The position numbers and the translations under genes were made by a program. DNA of 45,576 nt, from the NCBI GenBank assembly GCA_026025795.1, contig JAPEUG010000104.1:1-45576 (forward strand), written 5' to 3'. Under the pieces are notes generated by a model. That model saw nothing but the letters and a program-made list of their open reading frames with translations. It was not told where the DNA came from and made no database searches. The DNA comes from Thelocarpon superellum. Lineage: Eukaryota. This document shows positions 25,514-35,541 of the stretch, in pieces; within the stretch, counting starts at the first letter, position 1; each line of letters starts with the position of its first letter.

Positions 25514-26262
25514 GATTGATATCGGAGCACAATGAGACAAGGCTATTGATGTCTTTGCGATGGTGGTAGTTGCGTGGCGGGTTCGACAAAGAAAGATAGC
25601 CTTCGACGACAAAGAGATTCACTACTTGTATTCCCACCATAAGGAAGGATGCGAGGCAGGTCAAAGGAAAGTGTTTGGTTTCCACAATAGCCTTGATTTC
25701 TTTACGGGTTCAAAGACCGACAGCCACGCAGATAGTCACGGCTCTCAGAAGGTGTTGTCCTCGGAAGAGTACAGAGACTTTGGCTCACGGGTCTCCGTGG
25801 TGGATGATGATATGGGCAGATGCGTTGAGGAGATACCTTTCGCAAAGGCGTCGAACGGAGCATGGTCGGACAAGAGGTGAGAGATTCACGCGACGGGCTG
25901 TCAAATGTTGCGAATGGCGCTGTATATTGCATCAGGAGCAGTGTCACCAGATGGACGGTCGGACAGCAGGGGTTTGGCGCTGGTTTTGGCGCTGGTTCTG
26001 TACAGTTTGCTATCTCAGCACAGATTTGTTTCTTACGAGTCATGAGACGGGCGAGATCAGAGAGTGATCCGCGAGATGAGATGACATCTCGCTCCACACC
26101 CGTTACTACGGCAGCCGAGAAGGGACCGAACGAACCCACCGCGAGCTCCAACGACGACGACCATGTTCTTCTCCTATCGTCCTTTGCGTTGATGAGGGAC
26201 CGAATCTGCGCCATTGAGGACACCGGGTACGACGTAGAAGCTCAGTATTGAGCGGCGGAGGG

Positions 26263-27187
26263 ATGGCCGATGACGAGAAGCTCAGTACCAACCATGAGGC
26301 GTACGAGGAGGAACATGTGCATCAAGTCTACGAGCAGATAGCCACTCATTTCTCCTCCACCCGATATAAAGTACGTCGATCAACGTGAACTGGTTGTTTG
26401 GCCGTCCGTTGACATCCAATAGCCTTGGCCGATCGTGGAGAAGTTCTTGCAGGATCGACCAGACGGATCCGTAGGCTTAGATGTGGGCTGTGGCAATGGC
26501 AAGTATCTTGCGGTGAATCCAAACATCTTCATCGTCGCCTCGGATCGGTATGATGCCAGGACAGATTGTGATCCTTCACGAAGCACTTCATTACTCATCC
26601 ATCCATCCAGGTCGGGGTCTCTCGCCACTATTGCGGCACACCATCAACCTCACTCGGCCGTGGTCGCGGACAATCTACAGTTACCTCATCCACGCGATTC
26701 TTTTGATTTTGCCCTGTCCATTGCTGTGATCCACCACTTATCCAGTACCGAAAGGAGAGTCGCGGCCATCCGCGAAGTCTTGGCTACCCTACGCCCCGGC
26801 CAACGAGAAAAACTTGATGAGAATGACCGTGCCAGGTTGAGTGTGCCTGGGAGCACCGTGTTGATATACGTGTGGGCACTTGAGCAGAAACAGAGTCGAC
26901 GAGGGTGGGATGAGTCCCATGAGCAAGACGTCATGGTGCCGTGGGTCATGACGTCGAAAGGTGCGCAGGCGAGAGGTGGGGGAGCAAGAAAGCCTACTGA
27001 AAGCGATTCCGCTACTGCAAACGAGACCCATGGAGCCAAGTTGGGGCAGGGGAAGACTTTCCAGCGTTATTATCATCTCTATCGCGCTGGAGAGCTTGAA
27101 CGAGACATCCGCCAAGCCGGTGGGGTTGTCGTCGATGCCGGGTATGAAAAGGACAATTGGTGGGCGATCGCCGGACGGGAAGGCTGA
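26263..27187 (+). CDS. TRM9: tRNA (carboxymethyluridine34-5-O)-methyltransferase, Trm9-like, 3 exons
   Basis: [26 protein letters not shown], SAM motif LDVGCGNGKY, DFALSIAVIHHLS, LIYVWALEQ, QDVMVPW, RYYHLY..GEL and YEKDNWW. Introns 26371-26422 and 26548-26610. Confidence 0.9.
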
Positions 27188-27205
27188 CGGCGACGGGCCA
27201 TCGAT

Positions 27206-27990
27206 TTAATCGGAATAGCCATTTCGCCCGCGGAACGAGCGGCGCATCGCCATCGCTCGAGGGGAGCGGGCGTGAAAGCCGCGAGGGCGATCGGAGGTTG
27301 GAGGCATCATCGGTTGCTGGGATGCGATCTCCGCGAACGAGGGGAGGCGCGACAGTGCCTGGGGCGTAGTCTCTCTCTTGGCGCGAGCATTGGCGCCGCC
27401 TCGACGACCCCTCGGCGGGGAGTGTAGGACGACGCTAGAGAGAGAGAATGGGACGACACCGGCACGACGAGCCATCTCCTGCTCGCCCAGCTGCCAGTGC
27501 ATGGCCTCCGCCGCACGCCACGGGATCTGCATCTCCTCGGCAATCTTGGACCACATCTCATGCTTGAACCTAGCACCCGCCGCCACTCGGTCAGCCGTAG
27601 GTCATCGTCTGCGTGGAGGCGCTGCTTCGGATCTACGACCGACCTGTCATACAACCTTGCCAATCGATTCTTGCGTTCGTTGTCCCACTCACTCCGCCTT
27701 TCCAGATAGTTCTGATAGTGGAGACGACACGAGATGGCCGACCGTCCCGGGAGCTTCTTCGAAATGTCTTCCCACTTCATGCCACGGCCTCTCAGGTCGA
27801 TGATGACCGCATCTTCTTCGGGTGACCATTTGGACTGTTTCTTTGCCGGCGATGCGGCGGGATGCGTCGTCAGATTGCGCTTGACTGAGAGCGACGAAGC
27901 GCCATGGGACAATGGGGGCGACTCCGGACCGCTGGCTGACGGCATGCCGTCATCTTGGTCCTTCGCCCGGAGGAGGAGGGAGATATCCAG
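27206..27990 (-). CDS. Myb/SANT-domain transcription factor with two Myb-like repeats, 2 exons; first ATG at 27945, possible CTG start at 27990
   Basis: KQSKWSPEEDAVIIDLRGRGMKWEDISKKLPGRSAISCRLHYQNYL, then EWDNERKNRLARLYDRFKHEMWSKIAEEMQIPWRAAEAMHWQLG. Intron 27643-27570; stop TAA at 27206-27208. Confidence 0.9.
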
Positions 27991-29062
27991 CGTGGCGACG
28001 GTCCGTAGACGATGGGGTCAAGGTGATTGGGATCCGGCCAGACGTTCCACCTGGCCCCGCGACTGTCGGCAAAGGATGAAGGGAGAATGGCGCTCTGATG
28101 GTAAAACGCTTGGAGGCTCGAGGGCTCGAGGATGGGGAAACGGGAGGAAGAAGGGTGGCGAGAGCTGCATGAGAAAACGTCCTTGCCCTGGAGCGCAGTC
28201 TGGGGTCCAGCGACTCTTTAGAGGGTCCATAATTTGAGCGCGGTGAGGCTCCTCAGGGATGGCATGGGTTCACTGGTCCAATCGCATGTCGTCGAGTAGG
28301 ATGGAGAACGCTCATTTGCCAATGGACGAAGGGAGAGGTGTGGAAAGAGGATGGACGTGCTCGGTAGGCTCGTGGGGAGAGCAGATGAGTCTGCCGCGAA
28401 ATCATGTCGGGCAACGACCCGGCTGCAGCCAGACGGAAGGATGCAGAGCAATGCTGCATGCAACGTACGGCTTTGGGGAGCTAAGGCTCGCTTCTTCCGG
28501 CGTTCCAAAGAGGGTGCACAGGAGACCAGCATCGGACGGGGGACAGGCCGGCTTATCGCGAGGAGGAGATGGAATTGGCGCCGTCGCCAGACGTTGGCCC
28601 TCGCCGGTTCTTCCCCCGGCCAAGGGGGGGGAGGGAGAAGTGTATTCAGAGCGTCAAGAAGCACGTCAGCGCTCTCGTCTCGATGTCACCGCCTTGTCTA
28701 CGATGACCGTGTGGGCGAAGAGATGAGCCAGCGGTGACGGGCCCCGGGCGAGCGACAAGGTTCAGCGTCTGATGTTGCGCCAATTAGCGCACAGCAGGCG
28801 CGACGGAGGTGACGCTCGGCTGGGAGGTCGTCGGAACTTGTGCGACAAGCCGGCGGTGAACAGGCGCGTCGACTTGGCTTCGAGCTTAGTCTCGGCGAGC
28901 GAAACGGTCATCCCTGCGGTTGAGGCTTCCATGACACGCCGCCGAACGAGGTGAGTCGCCCAGACGAGGAAGGGCGGAGAAGGATCTCGAGTCGTGGCGG
29001 CACTGGTCGTGTTCTAGCGCACAGGAAGCAAACGACCCATCGTTCCGAGGCTCGGACATGGA

Positions 29063-29107
29063 GGGTGGTGGGTGGTGGGTGGTGGGTGGTGGGTGGTGAG
29101 TGGTGGG
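29063..29107 (+). repeat. (GGGTGGT) x ~6 G-rich tandem repeat, G-quadruplex-capable
   Basis: gggtggt gggtggt gggtggt gggtggt gggtggt gagtggt ggg read directly. Confidence 0.85.
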
Positions 29108-30415
29108 CGACCGGCGGGAGACGCGATGAAAGCGTCGTCTCGCGTGGTGTTCACTGACTAGCGAGTCGGTGGTAGGGTGGCCGCCGCGGCCTGGTTCTGG
29201 GCCATGGCCGATTTTCAAGCCGCCCGTCCAACCGCAAGATGAGCAGGGAAGAATGGAGGATGGGCTTGGGCAGCGGGCCTCTCTCAGCTTGGCCAGCTCC
29301 CGCCATCTTCAGCAAACTCACGGATCGGGTGCCCGGCCCGTGTCCGGCCCGGAGGGTGGACCATGAGACGCGTTCGGATCTCTGGTAATCTCGTTGGCCG
29401 GTGGGGTTACACGAGCGCAAGGCCAAAGGCAAGCTCCATGCACGTTGCTTCATCAATCACGCCCACACGGATCGTGCTTCGATGTGGACGTATGCACGAA
29501 CAGCAAGCGATGATGCAAGTACCATGAGTACCTCTGGACTCTGCGCGAGCCAGGGAGGGGATGCGCCATGCCAGAAAACACCGACAACCGAGACGCACGA
29601 TCATCCCGATCTGGCGGCGTGGCTAACGGTTGTGGGGAATCAATTGGCGTCGGTGATCTGGGCCGGGATGCACCGAGCAAGTTTGGTAGCGAGTGGCGTA
29701 CGACAGATGACATCCCGGATCGGAGATCCGATGTAGACAGACAAGAGACGGAGGAGCACGAGCCGGAAAGTGGCTTCGATTGGTGATTACCTGCGACGAG
29801 GTTCTCCTCTTCCACGAAAGAAAAGGTGGAGACTACTAGTCGCCGAGTAGGGACCCACGCATGTACCTGCTTTGGGGTGGGTGTAGACGTGTACGAGTTC
29901 TCGCCCACTGGTCGCTGGTGTTACACGGAAAAGTAGGATGGCAAACAACGGGTGGACTTCCGGTATTCCGGCGCTATTGGAGGGAGGTGAGGTTGAGGGT
30001 GAGGGGGGTCGAGGGACCTACGGGGGACGAGAGACAAGGCGTTGGATGCGCACGTGTCGGTGCAGCTAAAGCTGTTTTGTTCGAAGATCCTCCATCTTAC
30101 TCGGGCTCGTCCGGGACTTATCCCCGGAAGACGGGAGTGACTTGCGTTCGCCAGCGCTGTCCCAGGTTCTGGGGGCAAAGGGTCCGAGGGTCCGAGGGTC
30201 CAGGGTCCACCACATCGATCTCGTACTCGTGGTGAGGTGCGCGGACGAGTAGGGCGTGGCTATCTACGCCACTTACTGACCAGCTGCATCCCACCAACGG
30301 CGAGCGAGAGCTTTGTTTGCGTGTGAAAGCTACTTGGAGGGGACGCCCGAGGACTGGCAACCCACGACGCCTCAACTCCCACAATTCACCATTGCATCAT
30401 CTCCGCCCCACCATC

Positions 30416-31449
30416 ATGTCGCTGCACACCACCGCCGATGTATCCCTCCTCATCACCTCGGCGAGCTCGTCCTCGGAGCGACGCATCACGCCGTCATGGA
30501 GCATCGCCACGCTAAAAAGCAAGCTGGAGCCAGTGACCGGCATCCCACCCTCGTCACAGCGCCTCGTGCTTCACGTAGGCGGGGCAGGCGGGGTCGACGA
30601 TGACACTCTCCACGACGGACGAGAAATCTCCGCGCCGGACGAAACGAAAACGACACTAGAGAACTGGAGGTTGAGTCGTGGCGATAGCATTTACGTATGA
30701 ATGACCCTGTGGGACGGAAGCAAACCGTCCCAGCCCAAGTAGGGCACGTGTCCCGATGTATCCTCACAATCCTTGGTGAAGGTGCACGATCTACGGCCTC
30801 CATCGGCCCGGCCTAATTGGACCGACGCCTCGCAGGTGCCGAAATACATGCTGCCAGCAGAGAAGTATGCCGCACTGCCCTCGACGGTCCTAGCGTGGAA
30901 GAAGGCGGAGAAGCTAGGTCGGTTTGACCCGGACGCTCCGGCGAAACATGAGGCTATGGTGCGCGCACATGAAGAGGAGGCCAAGGAGCGGGGGTTGGAG
31001 GTGGGGTTGCGATGTCGAGTTGGTGCTGACGGTACGTTTTCTGACCGTTGTGCTTTCGCGATTATGAACAGGGGCACGGGAAGGCTGACGCTTGGATAGA
31101 CACACGGAGGGGCGCAATCGCCTACGTGGGCCCTGTCCCGGAAATACCTGGACAGATCGGGGGGTGGTGGATCGGGGTACGATTCGACGAGCCAGTGGGA
31201 CGAAATGACGGATCGGTGAAGGTCCCCTCGAGACCGGTCTTCACCAAGACCGAGACCGGCCCGGATACCACCAACAATGACGACGACGAGGAGACCGAAG
31301 AAAAGGGAGTACTCAGCGAGAAAACAGCAGGCACGAAGCAATATTTCGATGCGCAGGGACCCAATCGCGGCATTTTCGTCCGCCCTGAACGCGTGGAAGC
31401 CGGTGATTTCCCCCCATTGATGGATCTAGAGGAGTTGGAGGAACTATAG
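30416..31449 (+). CDS. ALF1: Tubulin-folding cofactor B (ubiquitin-like domain + CAP-Gly), 3 exons
   Basis: N-terminal SERRITPSWSIATLKSKLEPVTGIPPSSQRL; linker STVLAWKKAEKLGRFDP; CAP-Gly RGAIAYVGPV..WIGVRFDEPVGRNDGS..YF..GIFVRP; acidic end LEELEEL. Introns 30695-30781 and ~31032-31099. Confidence 0.92.
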
Positions 31450-31928
31450 TCCCTTGCCCCAAAAAGGGAATGGGCCTGTATGATATTTGAAGATCCCACT
31501 ACCTACTAAAAATCCGTGGAGCCATCAAGTTGGTTGAATTCTGAACGTCGCATGGATCACCTTGAGGCCGAAAAAGCTGCCATGATAGACGTACGCCGGT
31601 CTATTCGAATCACTTTAATATGTTATTCATTTCTGATTTGGAGATGCCAACTCCCGTGATCATTTTCAAATCGAAATAATATACACCACGCTGGAGACCA
31701 GGCAGAAGACCACGCACTGAACCACCTGGCGTGTAGAAGCATGTATGGCATTCTGATCCAAAAGCGTCGCTCAGTCGAAGAAAACCCCGGAGAAAAGCAA
31801 AGGTATCACATCCCACGCGCAATCATCATAGCTGCAATGAACGAATAAATGAATCCGGAGCCTTTTGGAATATTCATGATCCGGTCCGCCAACTCCTCCG
31901 TCACTCTCTCGTCTGGCCACTCTCGCGC

Positions 31929-33477
31929 TCAGTCCTCCTCCTCTAGCTCTTCTCGGATTACCTCACATCCCTGAGAGAAGAACATGCGTGCCGGACGGGA
32001 GTCGGACTCGTTGGTTATACTGTAGAAATTGCCTACAACACCACGGAACATTGCGTTGGTTAGCCAGCCCGAACGAGCAAGAAGCAGGCAGTCCAAGTGA
32101 CGCAATCGCAATTCTCAACTCGGACCTGTCCACTCTACTCACCTCGTGGGACTTGCCACATGCCTCCCGGACCGATGCGAAAAGTCGTCCCGGCCACGTC
32201 GACCAGGACTTTGCCGTACACGACGTAAAAGACCATCTGCATCTTCCGCGAGTTCTTGGGCCGCTTGACACCGCCCGGTGGTAGGTCGACCACGCCCGAG
32301 CCGAAAAAGGGCAAGGTGAGCGTCTTGGCGTATCGAAAGGAACTGTTGGGGACTTCGCGGGTCTCGATCGCCCGCGCGGCGTAGGCAATGTCTGGTCATT
32401 CTCGTCAGTCATGCTTCTCCTCCTGTCGATGCATCGTGCTCATACCCGCTTCCACCACTTCGGGGTCCAGCACAGACGCATCCGGATCCCATTCCGTCAC
32501 GGGCGCCGTGATGATGCCCGGTTCTTCCTCCCATGGCTCCAACGGCTCCTGCTCAATCGGCGGCTTGGGCTTGTTCTTCGACCCTTTGGGTCGACCACGG
32601 CCGCGCTTACCCGGTACGGCGGGTTGCGTTGAGACGTGGTTCGACGCTGCACGGCTCGTCGTGTTGACAGGTCGCTCGGATTGGAGGTAGTTGACCGGTC
32701 TGACTGGCGCGCGTTCGCCTCGTGGAACAGGCGCATCAACGTCATCCTCAGATGCGGCAGATCGCGACTTCCCATTGGCCGTTCCCACGGTCCCCGATGA
32801 CTTGGGGGGCCGGCCACGCTTCCGCCTCGGCGGAGTCTCATCCATGGCGGGAGATTCCATCTGCCTCCGTTTCATCAAGAGGTTTGGATCGCGGTGCAAC
32901 GGCGGCCTCGACGGTCTCAGGGCCCACTCAGTCTCCTCCACTTCTTCCCGTATCCGCTTCGCCGGTCGTTCTTCAATTTCCCACTCTCGCACGCGGGTGG
33001 GCGACCTCTGAGGACGGGCCGGCGCGCGCTTTCGGACGGGGCTGGCGACTGTGGGGGACTCGCTCATTGCAATCATCTGCGGACTCTCTGCCGGCGGACT
33101 CTCTGGGGGGATCTCGGGGGGACTGGCAGGTGGACTCTCTGGCGGACTCTCGGGTAGACTCGCCGGGGGGCTTTCGGGTGGACTCTCGACCGCTCGACCC
33201 ACATCTTTGCGCGCTTTCTGCGGCGACCTCGTTGGTTTCTGCGGCGACCTCGTTGGAGAAGAGAAGATGCCGTCGATGGCCTCGACGCCCAGATCATCGC
33301 GCGCGCCTTCTCGGAGAGTGATGCCGGTTTTCCTGTCGCCATGTGAGTGGGGGATCGGTCAGCGCCGGGCTTGACCCGAAGCGCAAGGGAACCGTAGAAG
33401 ACCAACCTGCCCTGCACTCCCAAATCAAAATATTGTGCTCCGCGATTTCGTCTTCTCGGGGTGCCGGAGGTGACCAT
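31929..33477 (-). CDS. MIF2: Inner kinetochore protein CENP-C / Mif2 (Mif2_N region, AT-hooks, C-terminal cupin), 4 exons, 436 aa
   Basis: N-terminus FDLGVQGRKTGITL..D..GVEAIDGIFSSP; AT-hook-like RKRGRPPK and RGRGRPKG; cupin FFGSGVVDLPPGGVKRPKNSRKMQMVFYV..GMWQVPRGNFYSITN..ARMFFSQG. Exons 33477-33407, 33332-32446, 32391-32143 and 32032-31929 total 1311 nt in frame. Confidence 0.9.
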
Positions 33478-33923
33478 CCTCAGCGGTTGCGGACCGCAGC
33501 CGGCGGCTCAGCCGGGGTTAGACAGGAGGGGTGCGATGGATCCGTTCGCTCACGACATGGGATCACCAGATCTCAAAGTTGCAAATCACACGGCATCGCA
33601 CTCGACACACCAACTGCGCACTCCAAAAATGGGATCGGCGGGGTGATGGGCAAGTCGCTGGGAAGGGCAGCCACGGTCGTCCACCAGGATCAACAGCCAC
33701 CAGGATGGCGGAGGACGGCGATGGCTGATTGGATGATTAGCGTCTCCAGTTCGCGTGACACGCCAAATCGCCCGACGCGTCTCCCCGACTCCCGTACTAC
33801 GAGAAGTCCTCCCCGCCAGGATCGCGCGAGAGACCTCACTCGCCCTGGCTAAAGTGGACGCCAACACCCCGCTGAAGCACCGAGCACCGAGCCCCGAGCA
33901 TCGCCTTATTGCAATCATCCATC
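33478..33923. promoter_or_regulatory. Bidirectional promoter of MIF2 and RNH201 with MCB-like elements
   Basis: 446-bp head-to-head gap containing ACGCGT at 33775-33780, TCGCGT at ~33751 and TCGCGCGA at ~33822. Confidence 0.45.
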
Positions 33924-35037
33924 ATGGAAGATCTTGCTCAGGAGACACCGCCTGAAGATGTCTTCATCGCTCCGTCCATCGATACCGCACAGATCTTGTC
34001 CGGGGAGTCTTACACGCACCACTCACCCATTCCTGAGACCATGGTCAACGACATGTCCACGGAATGTGTCCTCGGCGTGGACGAAGCAGGACGAGGGCCG
34101 GTGATAGGTAGAGAATGCTCAGTGACTGCCTATGGGCGTACTGCAATGCACCCTGACGAGGCGGGCAGGTCCAATGGTATACGCACTCCTATACCTCCCG
34201 CTCTCATCGCACCGGTCTCTTCTCGCAACGACACATCACTTTGACGATTCCAAGGTCTTGACGCCGCAGGTGCGGTCGGCTCTGATGCAGAAGCTCTGCA
34301 CCTCCGACACCGACCTCTACCGGGACTGTGGCTGGGCCACGCGAGTCATGTCGGCCCGGGACATCTCGGCCGGGATGCTTAAAGCGTCGGGGACGTACAA
34401 TCTCAACGCGCAAGCCATGGACGCCACCATAGAGCTCATTCAAGGCGTTCTGGCACAAGGCGTGAATGTGACGGAGATCTACATTGATACGATTGGCTCG
34501 CCGCACGTCTACCAGACCAAGCTGGCCAAGATCTTCCCCACCATCTCCATCACCGTGGCCAAGAAGGCCGACTCGCTCTATCCGTGTGTATCGGCCGCCT
34601 CGGTCTGCGCCAAGGTGACGCGTGACGCTGCGCTGGAAGTATGCTACCAGACGTACACGCGAAGGTCCGCCACCGCTTCGTCGATCGCCGCGGGTGACGA
34701 GACGACGGAGGAGGGCTGGGGCTCGGGCTACCCGTCCGACGCACGCTGTTCGACCTGGCTACGACGCAATATGAATCCCGTCTTTGGATGGGGCATGGAG
34801 TGCCGCTTCAGCTGGAGCACGGCCAAGGACATGCTGGAGCCGCCGTCGTCCAAAGGGGGCGACTGCGTGTCGGTGGACTGGCCGGACATGGATGACGACG
34901 AGGACGAGAGCATGCGCGTGACGGATTTCTTCGCCGCGACGGAGACGACCAGCGCCGCGGGCGGGCGAGACCAGGCCTGGCCGCCCGCGGACCTGGCGCG
35001 GTGGTATGGCTCGAGAGTGTCTGATGAGGTGTTTTGA
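33924..35037 (+). CDS. RNH201: Ribonuclease H2 catalytic subunit A, 2 exons
   Basis: LGVDEAGRGPVIGPMVY, FDDSKVLT, YNLNAQA, IYIDTIG, KKADSLYPCVSAASVCAKVTRD, WGSGYPSD and RFSWSTAK. Intron 34108-34168. Confidence 0.96.
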
Positions 35038-35232
35038 GTCGGACGAACCCGGGAGTGGCCATGGGGTGCCCAGAACTCAACTACGAAACGTCACGCACGT
35101 AGCAGTTACGTTACGAAGTCGATGTCGACGACGACGACGTGGAGAAGTGGCGTGCATGCGAAGAGGACGATTTGCAAACATCTCCGCATGGCATAGCGCG
35201 GAGCCATCCACCGCGACCGCCACGGTGTGCAC

Positions 35233-35236
<4 letters not shown>

Positions 35237-35268
<32 letters not shown>
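35237..35268. repeat. (GT)16 microsatellite, inside a ~44-bp alternating purine-pyrimidine tract starting at ~35225
   Basis: Read directly between the convergent RNH201 and CDC50 stops. Confidence 0.95.
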
Positions 35269-35272
<4 letters not shown>

Positions 35273-35541
35273 GAGGGTACATCCAGTCTCAAAGTCAAAC
35301 ACCGAGAGAGGATACGCCGGACAGAGCTACGCAAGAAATGCCGATCCGGACATGTAATCATAATGGAGCTATCGTACAATGCAAGGAGAGCCCCTTCGTA
35401 GATCAGGTCACAGTCCTCAGTCCATAGTTCATGATCGGTTGCATTCTACTCAGTCATCGCTACCGGAAAGAAAATCCCTTTGCCGAATCGCCCGAAACCA
35501 AGATACGCAACCGAAGGAGAAGTCACGATGCAGCACGAGTC

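Noticed and set aside
25675..26251. ORFs of 106-173 aa between the USP and TRM9 genes
   Set aside because: They lie in a ~750-bp divergent promoter region and have no family motifs.
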